A stretch of DNA of 64,000 nt, from contig JASGKC010000001.1 in the NCBI GenBank assembly GCA_047600945.1, positions 5,337,209-5,401,208 on the forward strand. Direction: 5' to 3'. The notes below the pieces were generated by a model that was not told the origin of the DNA, made no database searches, and was given only the letters and a program-made list of their open reading frames with translations. Shown here one piece after another: positions 29,363-39,099 of this stretch. Numbering within the stretch: position 1 is the first letter of the stretch; the number at the start of each line of letters is the position of its first letter. Position numbers and translations under genes: made by a program. The stretch is from Tepidisphaeraceae bacterium. GTDB lineage: Bacteria > Planctomycetota > Phycisphaerae > Tepidisphaerales > Tepidisphaeraceae.

Positions 29363-29803
29363 ATGAACCGTCTTTTCGCGCTGGCGTTGTGTGGATCGGC
29401 CTTCGTGGCCGTCGGGTGCAGTTCGTACGAGAAGCGCAGCTACGACGTCACCGTCCGCAACGACAACGACCGACCGGTCACGGTGTGGCTGACGAAGGAC
29501 GGCACCCCGAGCGAGGCCAACTGGCTGGCGCCTGAAGAGATCGCCGCCGGCGCGAAGGCGGATGCGGGCATTGCCGGCGCAGTAGTCGAGCCGGGCAAGA
29601 AACTCGGGACCGCCGCCTCGGGCCGCTTCGCGCCCGACACCCGCGCCATCCTCCGCGTCTACGACGGCCAACTGAAGTTCAGCGAGATTCTCGCGACGAG
29701 CAACAAGTCGGGCCTGCTGCGCGTCGATGTGCCGCTGCACCCGGGCGCGAACGTGGTCGTGGTTCGCAAGTCGGGCAAGCTGACAGTGGAAGCGGAGAAG
29801 TGA
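29363..29803 (+). CDS. Putative lipoprotein
   Basis: Lipobox-containing signal peptide MNRLFALALCGSAFVAVGC; 146 aa. Confidence 0.5.
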   Translation: MNRLFALALCGSAFVAVGCSSYEKRSYDVTVRNDNDRPVTVWLTKDGTPSEANWLAPEEIAAGAKADAGIAGAVVEPGKKLGTAASGRFAPDTRAILRVYDGQLKFSEILATSNKSGLLRVDVPLHPGANVVVVRKSGKLTVEAEK

Positions 29804-29893
29804 GAGGCGAGTGTTGAATGTCGAGTGTCGACATCCGACGCCGCATCGAAAGCTTTTCCACGATCGACGATCCACACTCCACACTCGAAGGCC

Positions 29894-30421
29894 ATGAGCT
29901 ACCAGCAGCACCAATCCGAAGCGAAGCGGACGGTCGAAACCGTTGGCTGCGCCGTCGTCACGTTGTCCGACACACGCACGCTTGAGACGGATGCCAGCGG
30001 CTCACTCATCGCCAAGCTGCTGACCGGACAAAACCACACCATCGCGCAGCGCGACCTCATTCGCGATGATCCGACGCAGCTTCAAACGCTGCTCGACGGT
30101 CTGCTTGTCAATCCGAGCGTGCAAGCGATCCTCACCACCGGCGGCACGGGCATCGCACGACGCGATAACACGATCGGCGTGGTCGAGCGGATGCTGACGA
30201 CGCCGATCCCTGGGTTTGGCGAACTTTTTCGCTCGATCAGCTACACGCAGATCGGCAGCGGCGCGATGCTCAGCCGAGCCGTCGCGGGCATCGTGAACAC
30301 TTCTGACGATCGCCGCGTGCTGATCTTCTGTATGCCCGGAAGCGCCCACGCCGTCGAACTGGCGATGACAAAGCTGATCCTGCCGGAGCTGAAGCACCTG
30401 GTGTGGGAGCTTCAGCGCTGA
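29894..30421 (+). CDS. moaB: Molybdenum cofactor biosynthesis protein B (MoaB/MogA family)
   Basis: MoCF_biosynth domain motifs GCAVVTLSD, TTGGTGIARRD, GAMLSRAVAG. Confidence 0.8.
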   Translation: MSYQQHQSEAKRTVETVGCAVVTLSDTRTLETDASGSLIAKLLTGQNHTIAQRDLIRDDPTQLQTLLDGLLVNPSVQAILTTGGTGIARRDNTIGVVERMLTTPIPGFGELFRSISYTQIGSGAMLSRAVAGIVNTSDDRRVLIFCMPGSAHAVELAMTKLILPELKHLVWELQR

Positions 30422-30439
30422 CCCCGCGTCGGCGACTTG

Positions 30440-30570
30440 CAACGAATCTGGGTGCCACGGCTTGCGTACTCGCTAGCCGTGGAACGCTTGGCTACGCCAT
30501 CCGGCACTCATCTCTTGCTCGCACACCACAGCAACGGCGTACCGATGCCGTGGCACCCAGACTTGTTGCT
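30440..30570. repeat. Palindromic GGGTGCCACGG element, copy B (inverse orientation relative to 27100-27200)
   Basis: GGTGCCACGGCTTGCGTACTCGCTAGCCGTGG...GTACCGATGCCGTGGCACCC; each half is the reverse complement of the opposite half of the 27100-27200 copy. Confidence 0.45.
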
Positions 30571-30986
30571 CAATCGCCCTTCGACGCCACCTCCAACTTG
30601 CTGACGAGCGTTCGCAGCATGTCGGCGATGCTGAAGCTCCCCGCTCCTTCGCCAACGCCGTCGAGCGTGCGTGTCGCCAAGGCGGGACCGTAGGTGTGGA
30701 TCACCGTTGCCAGCAGTTTTCCGGCGGGCGTAACGGGGTGCATGTCGCCGTAACCGACATTAAGCGATGTCGCGCAGTACAGCAGGCAGTCCGGCAACGT
30801 AGCCATCTTCGGGTTGTGGTGCTTCTCGAAGTGGTGCATGAGCATGGCCCCGGCAATGACGACGGTCGCCGCACTGGTGGCCGGCCGCTGCGCGAGGCCG
30901 TGGAGCGCCGCGTCGAGATCGAATCGCTCGGGAATCTGAATCCCGAACGCCGCCAGGCCGTAGTTGAGGTCGGAGCGGGTGAGCAT
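30570..30986 (-). CDS. Ion-channel pore-domain protein (potassium channel-like)
   Basis: Selectivity-filter-like TSLNVGYGD flanked by hydrophobic helices. Confidence 0.5.
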   Translation of the reverse strand: MLTRSDLNYGLAAFGIQIPERFDLDAALHGLAQRPATSAATVVIAGAMLMHHFEKHHNPKMATLPDCLLYCATSLNVGYGDMHPVTPAGKLLATVIHTYGPALATRTLDGVGEGAGSFSIADMLRTLVSKLEVASKGD

Positions 30987-31096
30987 GTGAAATCTCTCCA
31001 GAGCTATCCACGAAGGTCACGAAGGGACACGAAAAAAGTCCAATTCACTCCGTGGCCTTCGTGCCCTTCGTGGACAACCATCAGCGGCTAGCGCAA

Positions 31097-32905
31097 TCAG
31101 TTCCCATTCGTTCCGTCGCCTTTGCCGGCCAGATTTTCCAGCACGCGGCCGGCGGCGAGTTTCACGTCGTCGGGCATCGTGCGAGAGAGTCCGTCCATGG
31201 CCGTGCCGAGGCTGGCGGCGCGCATGAACTGTTCGCTCATCTTCGCCATCGTGGTCGGGTCGCCGAAGATCTGCATCTGCACCTTGCTCATCATGCTGGC
31301 CATCGCTTCGGCGCTCTTGATGCGGAACTCCTTCTCGGCCTCGATGCGCAGCTTCTCGAGTTCGAACTTGAGCGCGGCCTCCTCGAACTCGCTCTTGTTC
31401 GCGAGGCTCTGACGCTCGACCTCGACGCGAGCCTGCTCGACCTTCACGCGTTCTCGCTCGACGTCGACGTCGACCGTCTTGAGCGCCTTGTCACCTTCGG
31501 CCTTGCGGGCAGCTGAAGCGGCTTCGGCCTCGGCCAGACGCAGCTTCGCCTGGTAGAGCAGCTCGGCCGCCTGCTTTTCGGCCTCGGCTTTCTTCACGGC
31601 CATGAACGCCGCGACTTCCGCTTCGGTCTGGTCGCGCAGCTTCTTTTCGTTGATCGCCTGTTGGGCGGCGATCAGCTTCTTCGACGCCTCACGAGCGGCC
31701 TCGGCCTCGATCTGAACCGTGGTCACGCTCTGCTTGGCCTTTTCGCGGTCGGCTTCGGCGCCGAGCACGAGTGCCTGCGCTGCCGCACGTTCCTGCTCTT
31801 TCTCGGCGATCGCGATTTCCTTGAGCCGGTTCGCGACTTCGACCGCCCGCAACTTGTCGATGTTCGCGGTTTCCTGTTCCTTGTGCTTGGCCACGAGCGC
31901 AACCTGCTTGGCTACGCCGGCTGCTTCGACGGCGAGCTGACGCTCGACCTCGGCCGTCTCGACCGCCTTGTTCTTTTCGATGTCACGGCGCGCCACCGCT
32001 TCGTCCTGCGCGAGCTTGAACTCGGCCACCTCGCGCTGACGCTGCGCCTGCACCGTCGCCACCTTCGCGCGCTGCTCGGCCTCGAACTCGGCTTGCGCTC
32101 GCTCCATGTCGAGCACTTTCTTCTTCGTCTCGACGTTCTTCGCGACGATCTGCTCCATCGAAAGCTGCTCGATGTGGTTGCGCTCGACCTTCGCCTTTTG
32201 CGTGATCTCGGCGATCTTGCGGAGGCCCTGCGCATCGAAGACGTTGCGCTCCTGAAGCTGCGCGGGGTCGGTCTGGTCGAGGGCGCTGATGGTGACGCTT
32301 TCCAGCGTCAGGCCGTTGTGCTTGAGGTCGTGGATCACGATCTCCTGCACGCTGCTGGCAAATTCGTCTCGCTTGGAGTGCAGCTCGACCAGGTCCTTCG
32401 TCGCGGCCACGGTGCGCAGGCGCATGACGAGCTTTTCCTGGACGAGTTCGCTGACGCCCTCGGCGTCCGAGTTCTTCGAGCCGAGCGAACGGGCAGCCTG
32501 GATGATGTCTTCATCGTTGGCCTGCACCTTGATGTAGAATTCGGCGCTGAGGTCGACGCGCAGGTTGTCCTTCGTGATGAGTGCGTGAGGCCCACGACGC
32601 TCGACGTTCAGACGCATGGTTTCCAGCGACACTGGGATGAGCTGGTGCACGACCGGAATGACCATCATGCCCTTGTCGAGGATGACACGCGCGCCGCCCT
32701 GGCCCGTGCGGACGTAGGCCATGTTCGCGGCGGACTTGCGGTAGAGCTTCATGTACGCGGTGAGGGCGGCGGTCACCAGCACCACGAACGCGCCGACCAC
32801 GGCCACCGTCAGGCCGGCGATCGGATCGAGCAGGTGGTGCTGCGGGTAACTCAGCCCGAAGCCGCACATGGCCACGCCGACGAGAATGAGAATGAAGGGA
32901 ATCAT
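31097..32905 (-). CDS. Flotillin family protein (SPFH/band-7 domain + long coiled coil)
   Basis: N-terminal TM, SPFH domain, then ~300 aa of EA-rich heptad repeats (AEQRAKVATVQAQRQREVAEF...) as in YqiK/FloT. Confidence 0.8.
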   Translation of the reverse strand: MIPFILILVGVAMCGFGLSYPQHHLLDPIAGLTVAVVGAFVVLVTAALTAYMKLYRKSAANMAYVRTGQGGARVILDKGMMVIPVVHQLIPVSLETMRLNVERRGPHALITKDNLRVDLSAEFYIKVQANDEDIIQAARSLGSKNSDAEGVSELVQEKLVMRLRTVAATKDLVELHSKRDEFASSVQEIVIHDLKHNGLTLESVTISALDQTDPAQLQERNVFDAQGLRKIAEITQKAKVERNHIEQLSMEQIVAKNVETKKKVLDMERAQAEFEAEQRAKVATVQAQRQREVAEFKLAQDEAVARRDIEKNKAVETAEVERQLAVEAAGVAKQVALVAKHKEQETANIDKLRAVEVANRLKEIAIAEKEQERAAAQALVLGAEADREKAKQSVTTVQIEAEAAREASKKLIAAQQAINEKKLRDQTEAEVAAFMAVKKAEAEKQAAELLYQAKLRLAEAEAASAARKAEGDKALKTVDVDVERERVKVEQARVEVERQSLANKSEFEEAALKFELEKLRIEAEKEFRIKSAEAMASMMSKVQMQIFGDPTTMAKMSEQFMRAASLGTAMDGLSRTMPDDVKLAAGRVLENLAGKGDGTNGN

Positions 32906-33100
32906 AGTTCTGTTTGATGGGGCCTTTCGTCCCCGGGTTGTTTCGTTTCAAAGCCGTCCACGAAGGAACACGAAGCCGATGCATCGAGTCGCTGCTATCG
33001 TCTGCATTCCGTCATGCGAGCGAAGCGAGGCATCTGGCGCCTTTCGATCGTCGCGCAACTTCGCCTGGCGCCAGATCCTTCGCTGCGCTCAGGATGACGT

Positions 33101-34030
33101 TCACTCAAGGCGTTCCTCCCTACATGACCTCTTCGTGCCCCTTCGTGTCCTTCGTAGACACCTCACGGCGGCGCAGACCTTCCCGACCTGCGCCGCGTGT
33201 TTCGCGGCCTGTTTCGCGTCGCCGCCACGCTGCGCCAGACGCCCGGGCGTGGTGACGAAGAAGTGGTTGTCGCGTCGGTCGTATCGCATCAGCTTCACGG
33301 TTTCGTTCGACGCGATCGGGTCTTCGCCGGGCGACGTGCGTACCGGCACCTGGATCGCGATGTGCGTCTGCGGATCGGTCACACGGGCGAGGCCAAATCG
33401 GTCGTTCACCGGCAGGATCGCGACGGCGTCCATGCCCACGTACTGCCACATCCGCTTGGCGCTGCTGCCCGAGCCTTTCGGGATTAGTCTTGACGCAACC
33501 GCGCCGAGCAGCGACGTCACCATCAGCGCGCTCACGCCCGCGATCGGCGCAGACCATTTCACCGCGCTCATGCCCACGCGCGGCGATGCGGTTTCCGCCA
33601 TCCACTGATTCGCGAAGAACCCGGCCAGGCCCCACGTGAGCAGCAGGCCGCCAACGAACACCGTCATTGGCAGCCGGCCGAAGCCGAGCAGACTCAGCAG
33701 CGAGAAACCGTGGCCGACGGACGCCTCGCCGTGGGCCGTGTCATGGTCGTGGTCGACCGCGTGGTCACCGTCGATGTGGTGATCGACCTCGTGATCGGTG
33801 TCCAGGTCATGATCCGCGTCGACATCGTGATCCACGTCGTGGTCGGCCTCCACGGACGGAGCGAGATCGGCTTCCGTCTCCACATCCGAGTCGACGTCGT
33901 GATCTGCGTCGGCGTCGGCATCCGCGTCGGAGCCGAAGTCGATGCCCGTGGCGACGTACAACGTCAGGTACAACAGCGCCAGCCCGAGCGGCAGAAGATA
34001 GATGAGGTTCCACCAGGCGAGCCAAGTCAT
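33101..34030 (-). CDS. NfeD/YqiJ-like membrane protein with Asp/His-rich acidic repeat
   Basis: Upstream partner of flotillin (same strand); N-terminal TMs, DADADADADHDVDSDV...HDVDHDVDADHDLDTDHEVDHHIDGDHAVDHDHD low-complexity insert, C-terminal NfeD-like beta region. Confidence 0.5.
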   Translation of the reverse strand: MTWLAWWNLIYLLPLGLALLYLTLYVATGIDFGSDADADADADHDVDSDVETEADLAPSVEADHDVDHDVDADHDLDTDHEVDHHIDGDHAVDHDHDTAHGEASVGHGFSLLSLLGFGRLPMTVFVGGLLLTWGLAGFFANQWMAETASPRVGMSAVKWSAPIAGVSALMVTSLLGAVASRLIPKGSGSSAKRMWQYVGMDAVAILPVNDRFGLARVTDPQTHIAIQVPVRTSPGEDPIASNETVKLMRYDRRDNHFFVTTPGRLAQRGGDAKQAAKHAAQVGKVCAAVRCLRRTRRGTKRSCREERLE

Positions 34031-34378
34031 GGCTTCATCCCATTCCCCGCAGACCGGGTGCTCCGGCCTGACGCGGATATTTTAAACACTCGCAGGCCTC
34101 GCACGAGTAGACGCAACGGCCATCGTTTGGAATCGAGAGCGATTTGGGGCAGGGCCGCTTCGGAAAGCGCTGGACTTCAGCGAAGCCGACGCGGAATCAT
34201 CAGAATCGTGCGGACGGGCCGCGTCAACGAATCGGGCCGGTTTTTGGCGGGCTCGGGTTCGGCATGCAGGGGTTGCGCGGTCGGCTCGGCATTTCTGTGA
34301 GGCGGGCGACGGCGCCTGCCGGTATTCTTCCGCTCGCCGGGCTGGTCACGTCACACGATTCATCTGAACGGAGGCTCC

Positions 34379-35554
34379 ATGCGTTTCTGCCATTCCCTGT
34401 CTTGTTCCGTCGCGATGGCGGGTGTGGCCGCCCTGTTGATGTCGAGACCGGCCTCCGCTCAGTTGACGGCTGGCCAGCCGATTGCGAACGAGCCGGCCGT
34501 TGCTGCCGCCGACGCGCTCTACGTCCCCGACTGGTGCAAGCCCGGCGCGACGATCGTCTACTACGGCGGCCAGTTCTCCGAAACCGACGACGACAAGAAG
34601 CAGCGCCTCGCCGGCCTGGGCTGGACGCGTTACGACGTCGCGGCCGTCACGCCCACCAAGGTCTTCCTCGCCCGATCGACCTACCTCGACAACCAGCCCA
34701 ACCCGACAACGTACCACTCGCAACCGCCGCTGGCGCTGAGCGCGGCCGACATCAACTCCAGCACGGCGCTCTGGGCATCGCCCGAGGCGCTGAAACTGCT
34801 CGCCGCCGGCAACGGGCCGACGAAGGTGACGACGTCCACGCTCAAGCTCGCCGACGGCGACCATGACGTCACCGTCGTCGAATACATCAAGGACGACCGC
34901 GCCGACCGCAAGCACTACGACAACAAGACCGGCCTGCTCCTGCAATCGATGACTGGCACGGGTCGCCTGCTCGACGGCGAAGACGGCCGAAACCCATTCC
35001 GCCGAAAGCAGTCGTCCAACGACGAGTTCCGGGCGCTCCGCCAGCGCGAGTTGCCCTGGCTGAACGCGCCGGCGCCGGCGTGGGCGGGCGTGTTCAAGCA
35101 GCTCACCTTCCGCGGCCAGCGCACGCAGACGATGCAGGGGATGCCGCCTTTTGTGCTAAGCGTCGAACAGACCTTTCGCGTGGTGGAACGCGGCGCGGAT
35201 TGGTGCCTGGGCGAGTTGACGACGCAGATGGTCCCGATGATGGCCGGCGGCATGCCGGGCCAGCCGCTCCCGGACGAAAAATCGCTGCTCGTGCACGGCC
35301 CGGGCAGTCCGACCGTCTGGATCGCGCCGGCCGTCCTTCAGAACATGAAGGAAGGTGTCATCGATCGCGATCCGACGCTGGGCGTCGAGATCCGCTTCCG
35401 CCGCAGCGGCGACGCGGCGTTCCTCGTCGAAACCGGGGCGAACAACAGCTACGAGTCCACCCGCGTCTTCGACGCGCGGGACGGCGTGCTGCGGCAGTAC
35501 ATGCTCGTCAAGGGAGATGTCACCTTCGTGTTGGAACTGGTCGACCGGCAATGA
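34379..35554 (+). CDS. Secreted hypothetical protein
   Basis: Signal peptide MRFCHSLSCSVAMAGVAALLMSRPASA; protein-like composition; no family recognised. Confidence 0.45.
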   Translation: MRFCHSLSCSVAMAGVAALLMSRPASAQLTAGQPIANEPAVAAADALYVPDWCKPGATIVYYGGQFSETDDDKKQRLAGLGWTRYDVAAVTPTKVFLARSTYLDNQPNPTTYHSQPPLALSAADINSSTALWASPEALKLLAAGNGPTKVTTSTLKLADGDHDVTVVEYIKDDRADRKHYDNKTGLLLQSMTGTGRLLDGEDGRNPFRRKQSSNDEFRALRQRELPWLNAPAPAWAGVFKQLTFRGQRTQTMQGMPPFVLSVEQTFRVVERGADWCLGELTTQMVPMMAGGMPGQPLPDEKSLLVHGPGSPTVWIAPAVLQNMKEGVIDRDPTLGVEIRFRRSGDAAFLVETGANNSYESTRVFDARDGVLRQYMLVKGDVTFVLELVDRQ

Positions 35555-35923
35555 CCGGACCAGACGCCTGATGGCGACCTGTCGCCGTTCTGCGAACGAG
35601 TCAATCTGTTGGACAAACGGTTCGAACGGGCGGATCGACCGGCGCAATTCGCCCAAAACCGTGGCGAGATGTCGCATTTCAGGTTTGGCGCAAGCCCGTG
35701 CCAAATTGACGCTTTGAGCGCTGGTCCATATAGTCCGCCAGCTCGATCCCCTCGCCGCAATTCGGCCTGCGCGCGTGGCTCGTGATCCGGAGTGGAGTGG
35801 AATCCTGCCACGGGATTTCAGAAGACTCTGGACCACGAGGTTGATGTGTTGGCGGACGGGCATAGCGGCGGCCGGTCCTGAAATCACACTAGTCCCTCTT
35901 GTGCGTCGCGTGAGGCTCGCGTC

Positions 35924-37051
35924 ATGACTCAGCCCCTTAAGCCCTCCGGTCTCGAAGGCGTTGTCGCCACCCAATCGGCCATCTGTTTCATTGATGGCGA
36001 TGCGGGCCGGCTCGTCTTCCGCGGTTACGAGATCGGCGATCTCGTCGAACACGCCACATTTGAAGAGACCGCCTACCTGCTCTGGAAGGGCGACCTTCCG
36101 AACAAGCAGCAGCTCGCCGACCTCAAGAAGCAGTTCGGTGAGGCCGCCAAGCTTCCGCCGCATGTGATGGCGATCCTCAAGGCGCTGCCGAAGGAATCCG
36201 TCCCGATGGACGCCTTCCGCACCGCGGCCAGCGCGTTGTCGTCGACCGACCCCGACCTGCTTGCCAACACGCCCGAGGCGAATCTCCGCAAGGCGATTCG
36301 CATGACGGCGCAGTTCCCGACGATCGTCGCCGCCTTCCACCGCCTGCGCAACGGCCAGACGCCGGTCGAGCCCGATCCGTCGCTCTCGATCGCGGCAAAC
36401 TTCCTCTACATGCTCACGGGCAAGAAGGCGCACGAGACCCACGTCCGCGCGATGGACGCCGCCCTCGTCGTCCACGCCGAGCACGGCCTGAACGCCAGCA
36501 CCTTCGCCTGCCGCGTGACGGCGGCGACGCTCTCCGACATCCACGCGGCCGTCACCGCGGCGATCGCGGCCCTGAAGGGCCCGCTCCACGGCGGTGCCAA
36601 CCAGGACGTGATGGAACTGCTTCTCGAGGCGGGTGACCAGGACACGCTCGCCCAGATGGCCAAAGACGCTCTTGCCAAGGGCGGCAAGATCCCTGGCTTT
36701 GGCCACCGCGTCTACAAGGTCTTCGACCCTCGCGCGACCTTCCTCAGCAAGATCAGCAAGCAGCTCGGCGAGGCCGCCGGCAATCTCAAGTGGTACGAGA
36801 TGCAGCAGGTCCTCATCCCGATCGTCAAGAACACCAAGAACAAAGACCCGAACGTCGATTTCTTCTCGGCCAGCGCGTACTACACGATGGGCATCCCGCT
36901 TGACCTGTTCACGTGCATCTTCGGCATCGCCCGCGTGGCCGGCTGGACGGCGCACGCGATGGAACAGCACAGCAACAACCGCATCATCCGTCCGCTGGAC
37001 GAGTACGTCGGTCCGTTCGACCGCAAGGTCGTCCCGCTCGAGAAACGGTGA
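35924..37051 (+). CDS. gltA: Citrate synthase (short, ~375-aa type; citrate/2-methylcitrate synthase)
   Basis: Citrate synthase signatures GYEIxDL, HAEHGLNAST, GFGHRVYK, and catalytic His/Asp region. Confidence 0.9.
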   Translation: MTQPLKPSGLEGVVATQSAICFIDGDAGRLVFRGYEIGDLVEHATFEETAYLLWKGDLPNKQQLADLKKQFGEAAKLPPHVMAILKALPKESVPMDAFRTAASALSSTDPDLLANTPEANLRKAIRMTAQFPTIVAAFHRLRNGQTPVEPDPSLSIAANFLYMLTGKKAHETHVRAMDAALVVHAEHGLNASTFACRVTAATLSDIHAAVTAAIAALKGPLHGGANQDVMELLLEAGDQDTLAQMAKDALAKGGKIPGFGHRVYKVFDPRATFLSKISKQLGEAAGNLKWYEMQQVLIPIVKNTKNKDPNVDFFSASAYYTMGIPLDLFTCIFGIARVAGWTAHAMEQHSNNRIIRPLDEYVGPFDRKVVPLEKR

Positions 37052-37076
37052 TACGAAACGCTCGAATGAAATCACG

Positions 37077-37106
37077 AAAGCCCACGGCACTGCCGTGGGC
37101 TTTTTT
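37077..37106 (+). terminator. Rho-independent terminator after citrate synthase
   Basis: AAAGCCCACGGCACTGCCGTGGGCTTTTTT. Confidence 0.6.
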
Positions 37107-37133
37107 ATGTGCAGACGAATGCGTGTGTGACGC

Positions 37134-37940
37134 CTACGAGCTCAACGACCGGATCTCTTCAACGCGATTCGGATCGATCACGCGGATCACGGTTTCGATG
37201 GATGCCTTGCCTGACAGTGCCTGAGCTGCCCGCATGTATGTCCGCGCCGACTCACGAAGTTCGTCCGCTTCGTTCAGAATCAGCGACGAATGTTGCTTCC
37301 AGGCATCTGCCACCGCTTGGGCGATGCGGTCCTCGTCGGACACGTCAGGCGATTCGGTTTCCGGCAGGAACAGGAACCGCACATCCGTCCGCCGCAGGAA
37401 TGTCGCGACGGACGTCCCCACCGGCAGCGACTCGCGCAGCTGTACCAGTGTTCCATCAAACGCGTTCGAGAACCCTTCGTAATCGGGCAGCGCATCGGCC
37501 AACGAACCCAGGACGGCCGCCGCCTCGACAAACGCCGTCGGTACGCGGAAACCGTGGAGCTTGGTCCATTCGATCGCCCCGCTGGCCAATTCGCGGGCTT
37601 CTTTGAGCGTGAGGCGCTGGACGGCGTAGCGTTCCCGCATGTCGGGCAGGAAGTTGTTGTGGAAGCCGGCCGAGTCGGCGTCTTTGACCAGATCGGCCTC
37701 GCCGCACGCGCAAGCCGAGTCGTTGATGCCGATCACACCGAGCACGTGCCGCCCGCTCGCGAGCCGGCGCAGCACGTTCAGGTCGTACCAGCCTTCGGCC
37801 TCCCACGCATCGATCAGCCAGCACTCGATGTCGCGTTCGTTCACGTCGGCCGTGATGCGGTCCGCTTCGCGCGCCTTTTTGGCCAGCGCCTTGCGCTTCT
37901 CCTCGCGCTTCTTCTCCCGGCGATGCTTGTCGTTCGACAT
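37134..37940 (-). CDS. Hypothetical protein with Lys/Glu-rich N-terminus
   Basis: 268-aa ORF MSNDKHRREKKREEKRKALAKKAREADR...; no family recognised. Confidence 0.4.
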   Translation of the reverse strand: MSNDKHRREKKREEKRKALAKKAREADRITADVNERDIECWLIDAWEAEGWYDLNVLRRLASGRHVLGVIGINDSACACGEADLVKDADSAGFHNNFLPDMRERYAVQRLTLKEARELASGAIEWTKLHGFRVPTAFVEAAAVLGSLADALPDYEGFSNAFDGTLVQLRESLPVGTSVATFLRRTDVRFLFLPETESPDVSDEDRIAQAVADAWKQHSSLILNEADELRESARTYMRAAQALSGKASIETVIRVIDPNRVEEIRSLSS

Positions 37941-37954
37941 GAGTTACCTTGGAA

Positions 37955-38023
37955 GGCCGAAGTGCAAAGTCCAAATGCCGAAGTTGCTTCGCTCACTTCG
38001 GCATTCGGACTTCGCACTTCGGC
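37955..38023. terminator. Long near-perfect inverted repeat (29-nt arms, 27/29 complementary) downstream of murQ
   Basis: GCCGAAGTGCAAAGTCCAAATGCCGAAGT - loop TGCTTCGCTC - ACTTCGGCATTCGGACTTCGCACTTCGGC. Confidence 0.45.
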
Positions 38024-38030
38024 ATTGCAT

Positions 38031-38948
38031 TCACTGACCCAGCGCCACCCGCAACCGACCGCCCGCTGCTTCCAGCTTGGCCTTGGCCGTCGGCAGGTCG
38101 ACGCCGAGCTTCTGCATGACGATGGCCGGCTTCACGTGGTTGTCGGCCCGCGTGAGGAAGTCATGGGCGGTCGCGTAATCGACGCCGGTGATCATGCGGA
38201 TGATCCGGATGCTGCGATCGACCAGCTTCGAGTTGCTGGCCTTCAGGTCGACCATCAGGTTCTCGTAGCATTTGCCGAGTTGAACCATCGTGATCGTGGT
38301 GATCTGGTTGAGCACGAGCTTTGTCGCGGTGCCGGCCTTCAGGCGGGTCGAGCCGGTCAACACTTCGGGACCGGTCAGCGGGCGAATGACGCAATCGACC
38401 GCCGGCTCGTTCGGCACGGGCTGCACGCAGCTGAAGAAGATCGTTTTCGCGCCCAGCTGGGCCGCCCGGCGCAGCGCACCGTGGACGTAAGGCGTCGTGC
38501 CGCCGGTGGCGATGCCCATGACGACGTCGTTCTTGCCGATCGACAGCGCCTCGACGTCTTTCGCACCCCCTTCGATGCTGTCCTCGGCCCCTTCCTTGGC
38601 ACGGAACATCGCGTCGTTCCCGCCCGCGATGACGCCCCGAATCTGATTCGGGTCGGCCCGGAAGGTGGGCGGGCATTCCGACGCGTCCAGCACGCCCAAC
38701 CGGCCCGACGTGCCGGCGCCGAAGTAGACCAGTCGCCCGCCCGCTTTCAGCGCGGCTGCCACCAGTTGCACCGCCTGCACGACCGCCGGCCGGACTTTCT
38801 CGACGGCCTCCACCGCGACGCGGTCCTGCGCGTTCATCACGGCGATCGCTTGGTCGATCGACATCGCGTCGAGCGTCATCGAGTCGGCCAGTCGCTGCTC
38901 GGTGAGCAGGTGGCCGCGGTCACTGCTGGGCTGGAGGGGAGCGGGCAT
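38031..38948 (-). CDS. murQ: N-acetylmuramic acid 6-phosphate etherase
   Basis: SIS-domain motifs LTEQRLADS..LD, VYFGAGTSGRLG, and the conserved C-terminal region of MurQ. Confidence 0.85.
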   Translation of the reverse strand: MPAPLQPSSDRGHLLTEQRLADSMTLDAMSIDQAIAVMNAQDRVAVEAVEKVRPAVVQAVQLVAAALKAGGRLVYFGAGTSGRLGVLDASECPPTFRADPNQIRGVIAGGNDAMFRAKEGAEDSIEGGAKDVEALSIGKNDVVMGIATGGTTPYVHGALRRAAQLGAKTIFFSCVQPVPNEPAVDCVIRPLTGPEVLTGSTRLKAGTATKLVLNQITTITMVQLGKCYENLMVDLKASNSKLVDRSIRIIRMITGVDYATAHDFLTRADNHVKPAIVMQKLGVDLPTAKAKLEAAGGRLRVALGQ

Positions 38949-39099
38949 GGCCGAGGTTGTACTCGCAGACGACTCCCGCAGAAACCCGCTCGACATTCGC
39001 CCGAATCGGCCATTCCCCGCTTGTCCGGCGCGGGGGCCGCGGAATAATCAGAGGTTTGCTGGCTGTTCCGATCATGTCCCCCGAGCGAGGAAATTGACC

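Noticed and set aside
35156-37090. 644-aa ORF on the minus strand
   Set aside because: Entirely antisense to the well-supported citrate synthase gene; Arg/Ala/Gly-rich composition typical of spurious ORFs in high-GC DNA. The same reasoning applies to 37290-39047 (+), 19625-21235 (+), 4124-5737 (+), 833-1837 (-), 10233-11381 (+), 14965-16161 (-), 33710-34300 (+) and similar long ORFs overlapping better-supported genes.
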